This document shows, one piece after another, positions 37,000 through 51,982 of a stretch of 64,000 nucleotides of DNA. Position 1 is the first letter of the stretch. Each line of letters begins with the position of its first letter. A program made the translations under genes and the position numbers. The DNA comes from Octopus sinensis. Taxonomy: Eukaryota. The notes below the pieces were generated by a model. The model saw only the letters and a program-made list of their open reading frames with translations. It was not told the origin of the DNA and did not search any database. Location of the stretch: assembly GCF_006345805.1 (NCBI RefSeq), contig NC_043013.1:29884001-29948000 (forward strand). Direction: 5' to 3'.

Positions 37000-39487
37000 G
37001 AGAGGAGAAGAGAGGAATTAAACAAAGACTGGTAAAAGAATAGATGGATTCAATCGGTACCACATAAAACCTGGTACTAATTTTATCAAACCCAGTTCAG
37101 TGAAATGAAAATCAAAATTGCCTTCCGATATATTTGTACTCGGGAAATAGGTGGCCGATTTAGTTTTTCATTATTTGGGGGGCGTAAAATGAAATAGCAG
37201 TAACACTTTAGGGTCAATTTATTCGACTCTACCGTTTTCCCTAAATTTGAGGCTTTGTACCTATGCTAGGAATCAACATTAATAGGGATCAAGTCTATCA
37301 CCAAACGATGGAAACAACTGCTTCACTGAAGAGCTCCTATATAATTTCTGTCTATGAAATTTCGTTCACAGGGTTTTGACTAACCCATAGTGATGGTACA
37401 TGTATGTTATTGGATGCGTGGATTGGATTAATGTCTTTCATGCATTTCTCAAAGTTGTAGTATAATGAAAGAAGACACATATCATATGTTCAGGCAGTGT
37501 TTTAGCTTCCTCTTTCCAAGAATTTATCCCTATCAATTGATCAACTTTTCTAATCGTAATTTAAGAATTAGAAATAAGCCACATATCTATAAGCTGCATA
37601 TTTGTATCTTTCTGTGTATATATATATATTCTCCATTGTCTTAACTATGTTTAATGAAATTGTCGAATGTGCAAAGCTCAGTTAATTAATTCAGCATGGA
37701 ATACACTTGGGATTTCATTGCGCATTAATTATAAGAAAACCGTCGGTGACAGCTCATTATTCTGAAATCGATTAACACAACGAGGAAAATAATATCGAAG
37801 TTCAATAAATTATATTCAAATTCTAATGTAAATACAATTCGCCATAACACCATATAAAATTTTTGTATTTCTAAAATCAACAGAACTTAAAACTACACGC
37901 AAATATATTTGTCAAAAAGTAGCATATACCAATAATTTAAAATTATTAACCAAATTATTCTTATGTACACAATCACATGAAAATCCATCGATAAGTTTTA
38001 AACTATAGATCTGATTATTTACATATGGCGAAACAGCCCCAAAATGCACTCGCACTTAATTTCAATTGTTTACTCCTATATTTATGATGTGTAGATCACT
38101 ATGTAAGCATATATAAAACCTTTTAGAAACTAAGTTAACTATGAAATAACTTCTGTATGAAAACAAATAAATTTGCTTCATAACTATGAAATAATTTTCT
38201 CAGGAAATTTTTTGTTTGTTTGTTTCCAATGTCCTATTATAAAATTGTTTGCTAGTTTATAACAGATTCTAATCATTTATTCTCTGCAAACAGTTAAATA
38301 TATTTTAGTTTGCAAGAGCGAATATAAATCAATAATCAATTTTACCTTTGAAGTGACTGCTAAATATTACAGTCGGGCTGTTGAAAAATCTGTTTAAACT
38401 GATAGCGTATAATGAATGCGAAGTATTGTGAAAGCTGATAGTAGTGTTGTATAGGAAATCGAATAAATATTTTCATGACTGAATACTTTAACAAAATATT
38501 TCATTCATTTATACATAACGGGAACTTTTTTTCTTTCAGAAAAGTAATATATCTCGAGAAATAAACCGTATTCAATATATAAGTGGAACATAGCTTTAAA
38601 GTGCAATGCTCCATTTGCTAGCATTCTTTGGTAGTATCCAGTCTTCAATGCTTTGCAAATTTGTGATTTACTTACTGGCTATCAAAAGCGAAAAAATTGA
38701 AGCTGAGTAAATCAATAAAATATATAACTGCCACAGGGTCAACAATATTCTGTAAGCAGTGTTTCACTGATTTAGCGACCAAGGCATTGAAATTCCAATG
38801 ATTCTTTTCACCTTGTTTTAATAGGTACCACAGGCAATATATTGTTATGCTCTTTCAAAGTTTTGAATATATTGTACGATGAACGGGTGTTTTGTTAGCG
38901 TATATTATCAAGTTGAAAGTTTCTCGCTTGTCAGAAGAAGAAAACGAAAAATGTCATCACTAAATTCCTCATTTTGAACATTAATATGAATTTTAAATCA
39001 TCAATAGATTTTCCACCAGATGTTTATCAGCAACCACTGATCATGGAAACGCAAGTGTATCGAGGTATAAATGGTGGCAATCTGTAGGGAGTTTCTTTTG
39101 CCCTGTATTGTTATGTTAATTGCTGGAGAGCAGAGGGTAACTTCCTCACCTTGAAGGCGGTGATGAGGTTTGAATTCTAATTTCTGTATGATTACCCAGA
39201 AGTGTCTTTGTCATGACTTTTGCAAGCCTTTCAAGATATGTGTAACCGATGTAGTATATACTTATCATTAAAAATATGTATGTTGATTTTGTAAGAAATG
39301 CGTTGGTGGGGAAAAGAACTGTTACAGGAAAAATAGATTAGTTGTGTCTGGGCGGTATAAAAAAGTGTGGAGAACGAGAGCAAATTCATGTGTTTAAATT
39401 GCACATTGGTGCACAACTATGTCGTTCAAAGAAGCAGAAGTAGATAGCAATATGTAGGTAGATAGGTAGATAGATAGATAGATAGAA

Positions 39488-39519
<32 letters not shown>

Positions 39520-39657
39520 AGAAATGGAGAGAGAGAGTGACAGAGATGGATATAAATATATATATATGCAATAATAAATATCTGAGCGATATATAAACAG
39601 TGGTAGTACGACATCGTGAAGTATAATTGCCATCTAAATGTGGCTAACCCTTAAGGG

Positions 39658-39689
<32 letters not shown>

Positions 39690-39692
<3 letters not shown>

Positions 39693-40015
39693 GTAACAGA
39701 AAGGAGGAATTTCGATTATCACCATGTGGTGAGTTGTAATGTATATAAGAAATTAAAAAAGGAAAATACGCACACTTACATAGTTTTAATATAATTTTTA
39801 ATATATCGACCGGTTTCGCTATCGCTATAAAAAAACAAGACAAATCGCTAAAGAGACTACTTAGGTGTTGAGGATGATTGTAATTTGATTAGAGCTAAAT
39901 TGTTTTCTTTCAGAACAACTGACTTGCTCTGGTTTCATGCTCTAAATTAACATATTTTGTGCCTCAATTGCAAGCCTCATTATGTTTATTGTATTTTGTA
40001 TCTAACCACCCTTGC
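39690..40015 (-). mobile_element. Possible PLE 3'-end relic ending at a TA array
   Basis: Minus strand GC GATA GC GAAACCGGTC has the same GAAACCGGT half-hammerhead as the 52-55 kb PLE, but there is no CTGANGA half. It abuts (TA)n at 39660-39689. Confidence 0.35.
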
Positions 40016-40024
40016 ATCGAGTAG

Positions 40025-41682
40025 ATTGAGGGGATCAGCTAAGAAGCGTTTAGAAAATTGGTCAACCCATTTTAAAAACCTCCTTGGGAAGAATGCCAAA
40101 ATCCCTGATAACCCCACTCTTCCAAGTGTGCCTATATCAGACACGCTGGACATCAACACCTCCCCTTTTACCATATTTGAACTAACAGTAGCCACCAAGC
40201 AACTAAAAGCCTCGAAAGCATTTGGTCCCGACAACATCCCAGCTGTAATTTGGAAGGATGATAGATTTCACACACTTTTGCTCAACCTCTGCAACCACAT
40301 ACTTTCCACCTTTGTCGCTCCAAAGATTTGGCACCAATCTCAAATCATTCCAATACCCAAAAAAGACGATTTGTCCCTCGTCACCAACTACAGGGGCATA
40401 TCTCTAATGTCAATTGCTGCAAAACTGTACAACAAACTGATCCTAAATCGTCTTGTCCTTTTTGTTGAACCTTTGCTCCGAAAGAACCAACATGGATTCA
40501 GACATGGGCGCTCAACGCTGAGCCAGATACTATGCCTGCGCAGACTTATTGAAGAATCAAAAGCATTTAATCGCGATCTTGCAATGGTATTTGTAGACTT
40601 TTCTAAAGCGTTCGATTCTGTAGATAGGTACAAGATGTTTGAAATCCTTAAGCTCTATGGGATACCAGACAAAATTATTTCTGCCATCAAGGTCCTCTAC
40701 ACAGGTACGTCTTCAACCATATTAACCCCTGATGGAGAAACATCTTTCTCAATCAAAGCCGGAATACTGCAGGGAGACACACTCGCCCCATTTCTTTTCA
40801 TCATTGTTGTTGATTATGTGCTACGTATGTCAGTTGATACAATCTCTGGCAAGGGCTTTGAAATAAAACCAAGAAGAAGTTCCAGACACCCAGCTGAGTA
40901 CTTGACAGACACTGACTTTGCTGACGACATCGCTCTTATCAGCGATTCTCTCTCCAATGTCAAGTCTCTTTTACAATCTCTTGAACAAGCCTCAAACTGT
41001 GTAGGTCTTTACCTCAATGAGGCCAAAACTGAATACATAAACAAGTGCCTGTCCAACAGTGATTGCATCATCCATACTCTCAACAGTGCGCCTTTAAATA
41101 TGGTTTCTGATTATAAATATCTTGGGTCATACATATCATCATCTGGAAAAGACTTTCTAACTAGAAAGGGTATGGCCTGGTCAGCCTGTAATGACATGCA
41201 TAAGATCTGGTCATCAAATGTAAGTAGAGACTTCAAACTTGAAATATTCAAAGCCACAGTCGAACCAATTCTACTATATGGCTCAGAAACCTGGACGTTA
41301 TCAAAGAAGTTTGAGAGGCGGTTGGATGGAACCTACACTCGCCTCCTTATGAGAGCTCAAAATCTCTCGTGGAAGCGCCATCCAACCAAAATGCAAATAT
41401 ATGGGAAATTACCACCTGTGTCATCTCTTGTGAAAGGTAGGAGAGTCCAGTTTGCTGGACATTGTTGTAGAGCTGAAAAAGAAGTAATTTCTACTCTTCT
41501 CCTCTGGAAGCCATCTACTCGCAATACCAGAGGGCGCACACTCTCCTACCCTGATGTAATCTCCAGGGATACAGGCATCCAGCAACAGGACCTCCGTAAT
41601 GCTATGATGGACCGTGAAGTCTGGCGTAACATAGTAAATTCCATTGTCTCGACCACGGTCGAACAATGATGATGATGATTAT
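40025..41682 (+). mobile_element. RTE-clade LINE, 5'-truncated, RT and C-terminus open
   Basis: ORF to 41669 has TNYRGISL, FVDFSKAFDSV, GILQGDTLAPFLF, DFADD, YKYLGS and EPILLYGSETW. The stop runs straight into a (TGA)n tail. No APE endonuclease domain; the start point is approximate. Confidence 0.9.
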
Positions 41683-44263
41683 TATTTGATAGAAAGAATT
41701 GTAATATTTTGCTGTTCATGAGTCAAGTATAACTGAGACCTTTGCTTGCTAAACAACTAATTGGAAATCAGTGGCTCATATCATAGTATATGGTTATATC
41801 TATTGGCAAAGCAAACTCTAAAATACCAAATTCATTATGAGTAACATGGTTGTATATTTTGCTACTTTAGCACCGTGGAAATAACAGCTGTTTATTTGAT
41901 TTGTTATCGCGTTAAGTTGTTTAAAGGCGTAGTCAGTGGAGAATGAAACTACTCTATGACGCATTTCCGCACGTAGAAGTTATCCAATGACAGGACAACT
42001 GGTTCGAATGTTTTCATAAGAATTGACACCACTAAGGGCTCCCAAGCTAGGTAAGGATGTCGATGCGGTTGATAGATTAAGTTTAAAACTTAAATGTATA
42101 TATAGTACGAGGGAGAACAAAATATAATTATTTCATGTTTCGACAGAGAAATAACTGCCGCATGATTCATATTGATATCGATTCTCAAACTGATATGAAT
42201 GAACTTTTAAAGAATTTACCCATTTTATTCTACACATCTTTCACACATCAACTAAAGACAACTATTGACAAAGACCAAGTCAATCTGTTGTAAAGAAGAA
42301 ATGTTCCTAAAATTGCATTAAGTAAAACAGAATTTTTACATTTAATGTCATAAAGGATATTTTTTTAATTCTTATGCACATGTCAGTGATGGCATTTAAA
42401 ATAAGATATTTGCTTCTACTTCTTCAAAAGTTCCATTTAGTCTCTTATTAACCTCCGTTCGATCCTTTTGTCCGGCGGCTAAATCTTATTAAGTTTGCAT
42501 TGGAGATCAGTGACAGATAGCATAAAGTTTCCAGTTGAAAAGTAAAAAAGAACAAGCAACCTTTAAACATAAAATTGCATCAGTGTCCAAAGAGACTAAT
42601 GACGATCGGCATGGGCAAATAGTATAACAACTTCATAAACTGGAGTTAGTTATTTCGCTGTGTGGAAGACGCAAAACATCGGAGGAAAACTCTTCATTGG
42701 GGAGAAGGATTCGGACACAAACATTATTCTTTTCTTCTTCACTCTAAACTCATTTATTCCATGTTGCGAACATGAATGCACGGTTTGGTTCTCAATAAAG
42801 AGCCGATGATATTTTATATGTTATGTGTAGTTATTAAGCTTATAAACCTATCTCACGACAAGAGGTGCAAATGAGGGTAGCTACATCAAACTCTATTCTT
42901 TACCAAATGCCACATATTGGAGGAGGCTCTCACTAATAACTGTGTAGCAAAACGGTGGTGCATCAGGATGGCCGCAGCTCTGAGCTGAAACGACAGAAAA
43001 AAGCCTGCTTTAAGTATCTTTTTGTCTAATATATTGCATCAATCCTAGTTCCATTAATCTTGCTACTATTGTAAGTATGTTTCCTCAAAGTTTAAAACCC
43101 ACGTGATGTTCATTCTAAAAATGACAGTAAAGTTTCTTTACTTTGATTTAGTTGCCACACTGGACAAGTTCACTAATTTTAGAGATGGTCTCTTTAACTT
43201 CCTCGCTGGTTGGTCGTTATCTTTGTATTTTCATTTTACTGATTCTATTTTGTAACTTAAACACCAGAATACCGTGCATGGTTCACACTAAAATATCGAC
43301 TTAAACTGAATAACAGGAAGTATATCTTGCAAGGAAAGTCTACAAATTTATTGACAACGGTAATCAAAAACAATTATAGCCACTATAATCATAGAGATAT
43401 TTTAGTTTATCGTAGCGTACACAATCTTATTTAGAAATTTAGAAGCATGAAGTTTAACACAATTTTTCCAGTTTAAGATGTATTTGAAAATGAACAGAGA
43501 GTCGTTATCAGTTTATACTTACATGGTGCAATTCAATGCTTATCATAAGTAGAAACTAGTGTGACTAACACTTTGTGTTTACAAACTCTATATCTTTAAC
43601 TATTTGCAGTCATTCAATCTAATTTATTTTCGCACAGGGCAACGACGATCGAAAGAAAGAAAATCACATCTTCGACACACACTTTTGATTATAGCTGACT
43701 TGAGCTTTAAATGGATAAATAGGTTTAGGAAGTAAGCAGAAATGCCGTTTGAAATATTGCCAAGATGTTAAATGGCGTAAAATGACAAATGCTATGAAAT
43801 ACCGCCATGTTATTGTTCTTAAACAGTCGCAGGTGAAAATTTCATTCTTGTAATCTGTAAAGTGAGATACTCGTACCTTTTCATTGATAATTAAATTTAA
43901 CGCTAATCAAGTTTTGCTTTCTAGACAATAATCAATCAAACAGTTTTATTTTAATTGAAACTCGGGGGAGTGATTCTCTAAAATTTTAAAGCATAATGAT
44001 ATTCAGTGTATTCTATATCTTTTTTTTACATCGTTGGAAAATTACTTAGTAGCATAAACAACATTTAACGAAATTTGCATTACAATGATATAATGTTCAT
44101 GGAAATGTTACAGTTGTTAGGACTTTTAATATATTTTTGACATCTCATCTCTTATATTATACAATTTTTATTTATTATTATGAAAACAGTAGTCTACTTT
44201 AGAGGTGAAATATCTCGTCTTGCATTAAAGACTTTCACATTAGAAAAAGCTGCCAAATAAATC

Positions 44264-44337
<74 letters not shown>

Positions 44338-45711
44338 ATATCTGTGTATGTGTGAGTTTATGTTCGTATGTGCGTGTGTATGTGTGCGTACGTGCTTCGT
44401 GTTTTCCTCTTAAAAATCTATTATAAAAATTTGTCTAAATCTATGGAAATTCCTCCCCATATAGAATTTGTTCCCAAATTGTAATAAAACAAACTTTAGT
44501 TACTTTTAGAGCCGAACAATCAATGCAGATTTTATCTGCTTAATACTGGCTGTTCTATATTAATCTGGCTAGTAGGTGTGGATTAGTTAAAGCCGGATTC
44601 CTATGAACTTTTGTCTGCTGTTACTGAAACATAGATACATTATGTCAGAAAACACATGACAAATATATTATGTCGGAGTGATAAAGAAGTACATCAGAAT
44701 TATAGCTTTCAAAAAATTCTCACGTAGACTAGAAAGCAGATAAAACAAGTAGTCACTATATTTCGTATTCAAAATTAAATGCTATTGACATAACACAGAA
44801 AAGCCTTGAGCACTGTTGAATGCTAAAACATTGTACTTGAATGTATTTTCTCGTAGCGAAAATGTATATCTTAAATTATATATTTGTAAAACTTGTAACT
44901 TTCGACATTCTGATTCTAATATGAATGTATTACTCTAATCTGCTGTTACTATATTCTATACATTGTGAGCTGCAAGAAAGTGTAGTCGACATTTTTATAT
45001 GACTTAGCCAGAGGAGGAAGAGCAAGGCCCGTGATAGTTGCAGAAGATTGATGGGTTTCTTCATAGCCAACTTCATAACCATCCAATCATTCATGATCAT
45101 CGCCCCATTGAATTTGTTCCACGAAAGCCTTATGGCTCTTTAGGAAATGATGATTGCCTATTACTTGCAGAAGAAATTGGTGCAGAAAGTGAAGTGCTAA
45201 GCCTGAATATTGCAGGAATAAATACAAGAAGAGTTAAGATAGTTAAGAACTGGAACCCGGAGTTGGAGATGTATTATGCATGACGAGAAGTGAAGTTACA
45301 AGTGTTTTAGTTTGTATTGAATATGCTGTGGTCCGAGAAGAAGAATCGATAGAAAATTGAGTAGAAAAGGCAGTTGAAGCTTGCAACTTCGCTGTGGAGT
45401 GGAAGTTATACTGCATATTGATCTATGGCTCCATGCCAATCAGTGGGATGTTTTTTTTTTTAATGCAGTACTGGATATTCGTACCTCTAGCAGTAGCACA
45501 GTGTCAAATATTTCAACGCAAATGTTATATGATTTAGTACTGAAAACAAGCTACGTTTGTGGAATCCATACTGCTTAAATTGCAATATTAATCGAAATCC
45601 CTAACTTTTTGGAAACAACCTTAAATAAAAATATACATGAATAATACAAGCTTACTCTTATTAATACATGATTATCTTTATGTTATTATAAGTATTATAT
45701 TGCCTGAAGAC

Positions 45712-46078
45712 GCATGAAGGCGCATGGCTCAGTGAAGGCGCATAGCTCAGTGGTTAGAGCGTAGATCTTACGATCGTGAGGTTGTGAGCTCGAATCCCGG
45801 ACCGGGCTGCGTGTTGTGTTCTTGAGCAAGACACTTTATTTCACGTTGCTCCAGTTCACTCAGCTGTAGAAATGAGTTGCGACGTCATGAGTGCCAAGCT
45901 GTATCGGCCTTTGCCTTTCCTTTGGATAACACTGGTGGCGTGGAGAGGGGAGGCCGGTATGCATGGGCGACTGCTGGTCTTCCATAAACAACCATGCCCA
46001 GACTTGTGACTAGGAGGGTAACTTTCTAGGTGCAATCCCATGGTCAGTGTCGTGACCGAAGGGGGTCCTGGATCCCGG
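45712..46078 (+). mobile_element. SINE family S3, full length with 13-bp target-site duplication
   Basis: ATTGCCTGAAGAC at 45699-45711 and 46079-46091; tRNA-like head GCTCAGTGGTTAGAGCG..GAGCTCGAATCCC. Confidence 0.9.
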
Positions 46079-46504
46079 ATTGCCTGAAGACTAAGGACAA
46101 AAGCCTTGCATGTTTTTGATTGGGGTCATAATTTTATTTGAATTTTTTCCAAAAGAACTTTAGTTATAAATGTTAGCCTCACAATCAGCAGATAATTGTA
46201 GGAGTAGAATCAGCCCCATTGTATTCTAACCATGACCGTCTCATCTTTTCAAGCACTACCCTAACCCCAACCCTAACTCTAACTCTAACCCTTATTTACG
46301 ATCACATTACCCAGTCCATCTCTTTAATTTTGAGTGGACTGTGATTTGAGAGGAATGTGACTGTTCCTTCTGGTAGGTCAGACGACTGCATAAGGCTTTA
46401 AAGTAGCATCGACTAGGAATTAAGATTGCATCTAATTCTCGGTTTGATGGGAACATTTTTTTCAATTTTCCTCGCTCCGTACTACTTATAACGTATCTTA
46501 TTTA

Positions 46505-47808
46505 ACAGTGTGTTGGCCAAAAAGTCAGTTCACTTTTTTAAGCGAAAATTGTTTTCAAATTTCGGCACAAAGCCAGCACTTTTGGGGAGGGTTTAAGTCG
46601 ACTACATAGACCCTAGTATTTAACTAGTACTTATTTTTATCAAACGCGAAATGACGAAAGGCAAAGTCGACCCCAAACTCAAAGTGGTTTATTCAATCAA
46701 TGATACTGGTGAATAACTCTTCCAGGGTAAGTTTAACCTTTTTCTTTAGAGTTGAAGGTCTCTCCATGCAATGAAACTTGCAGAGACTCAAACACGTGAA
46801 AATCTGAAGGTGCAAGGACGGATGGATATGGAGGGTGCAGCAAAACTTCCCAGCCAAGCCCCAGTAATTTCTGCCGCGTCTGCAAAGAAGTGTGTGGTCT
46901 GGTATTGTGAAAAAAGGCGATGCTAGTATACCATCAGCAAGTGCCAGGCGCTTCTGGTGGATCGCTTCACTTAATTTGCTGAGCTGGTCGAATTGATAGT
47001 CCTGTCCGTGAAAAGAAGCTCATAAAAGAAAACAGTCATTCAATCCCACCAAATTGAGGGCTCAACCTTCCTCAGGTGAAGTCCTGCTTTGGAGGTTGTT
47101 TGTGGTAGTTCGCCGCACTTCTTCCATGACCGTTTGCTCTTTACATGGCTATAAATTATCCTTTTTTTTCTTTCATTATCATAATTATCTTCAAAACGGT
47201 GTCATTTTCGTCATATTTCAGCAAACGCTTGCAGATAGAAAAAAAATCATTGGGTAAGATTAGTCTCACTAAATTGATGTTGCGCCCAAACATCGAGCCT
47301 GATGACGTAACCAAGTTGATGCAGATGCTTTTCAACACTAGATTCGTATGTATGGACAATATATGTGACCATCCATGTCATACAACGAGAGTTGGTATCG
47401 ACTCACTCCTTCATTTTATCGCTGTTATTTCAGTTAACCAATCAGAGCGAGATGCATCTTGAACCGAAAAAATTTTCAAAACCACTTTTGGCACACACGC
47501 TCCGTGCCAGCATCCTCTCCGTGAACAGCGCTTATCTTCCTACAAGTTTTCCGTCGCTTTTTTGACGTTTTCAAAATTAAAAAAATTACATGTGGCGTCG
47601 TTAATGTTCGTTTCGGTTCTTCATTTTCAGGGTGATCCCAAACACACAAAATGTAATTTGTCTCGTCACAAGTTTGCGACGAACAATGTTGAAGTACCAA
47701 GTATCTAACAAATGCGCATCTACAAGGGACAAACTGAAGTTACTAACTTCTTAAAGTGCTTGAAGATCAGTGTCGACAAAACTCGAACAGATTTTGGGCC
47801 AACCTAAT
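46505..47808 (-). mobile_element. Decayed mariner (Tc1/mariner) transposon interrupted by an S2 SINE fragment at about 46550-46680
   Basis: Minus-strand remnants: TCRKISAVHGEDAGTERVCQKWF, HLHQLGYVIRLDVWAQH, PHTSLQTRQKLLGLGWEVLLHPPYPS.LAPSDFH. TIR-like ends GTTGGCCAAAAAGTCAGTTC and GAACAGATTTTGGGCCAACCTAAT. Confidence 0.85.
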
Positions 47809-49417
47809 CTTTGTAAAACACTTTTTTTTTACTTATTTCATTATCTTTCAGATCCCGTAACAAACTCTTGAACAAACTCACTCGATAATTCGATTTCGCG
47901 ATTTAATTATTTTTTTTCACTTATGAGGTAACTGACTATTTCAAAGGTAAGTCTATGATTCCATCCAGTTTTCTCAGCCTTATCATTCAGTACTCTTTTG
48001 AGTAGTTGAAAGAAATCAGAATCACGTTTAAATAATGTAAATGAGAAAACTAAACCTCAATATGCTGTACAGTACTTTATCGAAGGAATTACAGAAAAAG
48101 AAGACTTTTAAGTTGAATTGTATTTTCAATAAATAATCCAGAAAATTCATGTAAAACGAAACCTATCAAGTTGCTGTGTGATAAGTGGTTAGCTGAAGGC
48201 CAGCATTCAATGAACAAGCATAATAATTTTCCCAATAAAAGGAAAGTAAGTACACACGCAATTCTACACATAATGTTTTCATATGAAAACAAATGCGCAC
48301 TTGTTCAATTTACTAAATTAACTTTGTAGTTGTCTTTTGCTTGTGTATTGACAAGATTTCATTCAAAGGAGAATAAAAAAACAACATAAGACACGGTGAC
48401 GTGAGATTCTAAACAAAACGGAGTGACGTTGCATTTGTAAATACTGAAGACGTGAGGGAAATCACGATCTGTGGCATATTGCAAGAAACTTATTCAAATG
48501 CCGTTCAGAAAATCTGGGTTAATAAGTGGAATATTTTAGTAGAATAGAAACTGAATATAATTTAATATCAGGTAATACAAAACTAAACGAGCTCCAAGTA
48601 CGCGCGTTTAGAGATATTATTCTCAAAACATGCTAAAAGACACCAGTGCTGGGAAAAGTGATAAATTAATGTTGAATTGTTTTGTTTTATTACAAATTGA
48701 TGTAAAGTGATATTTCTGGATATCTTTCAGGGGACACTGAATATATATAATGAATGGGATGAAATTGATTCACTCAACACTTAGCCTGAAATATTACCGA
48801 AGTAATACAATTAGGGTCATGTCACTTCAAGTGGTGTCTGTCTTTATTGCTGGACAGATAAATGTAGCAGTAGATCTCCTGGTTAGTACAGAGATCTGTT
48901 TGTATTGTAACATATTAACTATATGTTAGATTCGTAACCGTAATGTCATGATTGAAAATCATGTTCAGTAATTTCTTTAACCCCACCAAAAAAATAACGT
49001 AGTTTGCATCACATCTGGTAACCAATGAGATATAACTTACTATTTCATGTTTCAATGTCTGAGACGTGTTATTTAGAATAAGATTATAAATTTATTGACA
49101 AGTCGTCACTCACATCATATGAACGACGATAACGGGATCACACTTATCAAAGAGAAAACCAAGATCTCTAACGTGGAAGAAATATATTCGTACACCTAAA
49201 GGTTTCACTGATTTTAGGGGCGGTATCAGTATTCATTTTCAAATAATCTTTAGATGTTACGACAAATATTTAAGTCACAACTTGACTTTGATACTAGAAC
49301 CCAGCTTAGGCATCGGCTGAAGGGCTATAATCTGCCTAAACATAATACAAGGAGAGCAGTTATTGATAGGCGAGGCAGGAACAGAGCTACTAATTACTCT
49401 CTCCCTCTTCCTCTGTC

Positions 49418-49577
49418 TGTCTGACTGATGGCTGTCTGCCTGTCCGTTTATGTATGTATGTATGTATGTATGTATGTATGTATGTATGTATGTATGTATC
49501 TATGTATGTATGTATGTATGTATCTATCTATCTATCTATCTATCTATGTGTGTATGTATGTATGTATCTATCTATCC

Positions 49578-49649
<72 letters not shown>

Positions 49650-49680
49650 GTGTATGTGTGTATGTGTCTGTATTTATGCA
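49418..49680. repeat. Compound (TATG)n/(TCTA)n microsatellite
   Basis: Direct reading. Confidence 0.96.
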
Positions 49681-50254
49681 CATACTCTTCGAAGTAAAGG
49701 TTTCTTCTTCATAGTTAATCAGTATTTAGTTGCATGTCCGGGAATATTAAATAACATTACGATTGGAGATACAAACATTCGAAATGCGATATAGATATAA
49801 ATGCTAACACAATATTTTGTCTGCAAATATGAGGTTAATAGTCTGTAAAGTGAAACTCGGAAATGTGTATTATGGCATTTTATCGCTACATTTCTCTTAC
49901 TCCATTATTTGAAATTAATAATATAAAGAGACAGCACAAAAGTTGTTACAAATCTGCTAAAGCAATGCGATTATTATATTCATTTAATCAAAAAGGTATT
50001 AAAAGAGTGTTCCGATATATTAATTTTGAGCAAAAAATGATCTTATTTTAAAACTTTTAAGTGGAAAATATTATCAAAATGCATGTACAAAAGTTCAACA
50101 AAAACGTATAGAAAAACCAACATTTTGCGAACTATTTCAGGTGTATTTAATTGTAAAGGAAGGATTAGAAATTATCGGCCATTTCATCTAATATTTACGT
50201 TTGTTTACGGCATGTAATGGTTACAACGAAGTACTGTCACTACTATTATTATTA

Positions 50255-51445
50255 TTCAGTATTTATATCACGTGCTTTCAGTGAATTACTGAGAGCAGCT
50301 GTAACTGCCTTGAGTATCTGCTGTGGTCTGTTGTGATGCTCTTATTTTTACTGTAGTGAAAGTGTTTTACGTAGGATGTGTGCGGTGCCTGGTAGTGCTA
50401 TTTTCTGTATGTTATATATACTAGTTAGTCCTGGAGTTTTTGTTATCTATTTGCCTGAATATTTTTTTAACATACCTAATGCGTTTACTATGATAGGAAT
50501 TGTTTCTGTTTTTAGATTCCACATTATATTTACTTCTATTTCCAGATCTTTGTATTTTGCAAGTTTCGCCGTTTCTTTTCGAGAAACATTTTCATCTGTT
50601 GGTATTGATACATCGATTAGAAAGCATTTTTTTCTTGGTGATCTCTGGCCTTAATTTCTTTAGCTGTATGTATTGGCATATCCCAGAGTGTGGTTGCTTT
50701 CCCATTTTCCGTGACCTTTTCTAGCGTGTGCCTCTACCATCTATTTTCTGTTGTTATTCCATAGCGTTGGCATAGCTTCCAGTGTATATAGGTCCCACAT
50801 CTGTCGTGACTGTGAATATATTCCTTATTAGGACTGGGGAAGCAGAGACAACATGATTTATTGTTTCTTCTCCATCTCCACATATTCTGCAGTTATTTGT
50901 GTTTCTTTTCATTGCGTCTTTTTGTGATTTTTGTTGGAAGGGCTTTGATCTTGTACTGCAATTAAAAATCCTTGAGTCCCTGCTTTGAGTCCTGAGCTTC
51001 TCAGTCATTGTTAGGATTTTGCATTGTCTATATCTTTTCTGTTTATTATAACCCAGTATTTACCATGAAGGGGCTTTTCTTGTCATCGTTTTATCATGAT
51101 CCATTACCGTTCCAGTTCGAATTTGAGTTGTTTTACAGCTTTTTGTTGTTTCGTCTTTTTCTTCATATTTGTTAGGTAGTATGACATCTTGTTTTTTATT
51201 TGTCAGCTTCCTTAAAGTCTGAAAACAGTTGTTTTATTTTGTTCGTGTTTTGTGGCTATTTAAATCAGTTTTCCTTGCATCTAAAGTACCCCAATGGTCG
51301 TTAGTTTGCAATAATTTTGTAACTTTGTATATATAACCTTTAACTTTGCATATATAACCTTTCCATGTCATATTTTGGGTGGTGCATCCTAACTCCTGTC
51401 ATTAATTTTATTGTTTTCCTGTCTATTTTGATAAGTTCATTTAGA
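50255..51445 (-). mobile_element. R4/Dong-like subfamily B, older decayed copy
   Basis: Colinear with the reverse complement of about 3390-4514 plus UTR; TTA tail at 50243-50255; many substitutions and deletions. Confidence 0.88.
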
Positions 51446-51741
51446 GTGCAAACAAAAGCCTAGTTTATCGATTCCAATGGAAGGAAAGGTAAAGTCGGTT
51501 GGATTCGAACGTACATAGTAAAGAGTGATAACAAAATGTGTTTGGTAAGGCTGTGAGGATTTTTAAAGACATTTATAATGAAACAGTCCTACAGCAGTTT
51601 CTGAGATATTATGTATATCCCTTCATCAGAGACGGTATGAGAAAATGTTATCTATAATATCTCAGAAACATCTTTAAGACTATTTCATTATAAATGTCCT
51701 GAAAAATCCTCACACCCTTAGCTTTGATATATTTTATTCTA

Positions 51742-51817
<76 letters not shown>

Positions 51818-51914
51818 TGCTAATACAAGACCCAGACTAGACTCCTCACTCGTATCATTATCGAACCAAGAGTTTAACTGCGGTCTGTCTATAGCACTTA
51901 GCGTTACCTGACAC

Positions 51915-51978
<64 letters not shown>

Positions 51979-51982
<4 letters not shown>

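Noticed and set aside
43638-43724. Candidate host exon (pyrimidine-rich CAG acceptor, one open frame, GTAAGC donor); similar splice-like sites near 47850 and 57660
   Set aside because: No recognisable protein and no consistent exon chain; it cannot be supported without RNA data.
45038-45283. 81-aa ORF with NDDCLLLAEE (RT motif C-like) and SLNIAGIN (APE-like)
   Set aside because: The two resemblances conflict and both are weak; it needs an HMM search.
46259-46291. Telomere-like (CCCTAA) run
   Set aside because: Only about five degenerate units, which is expected by chance in this repeat-rich DNA.
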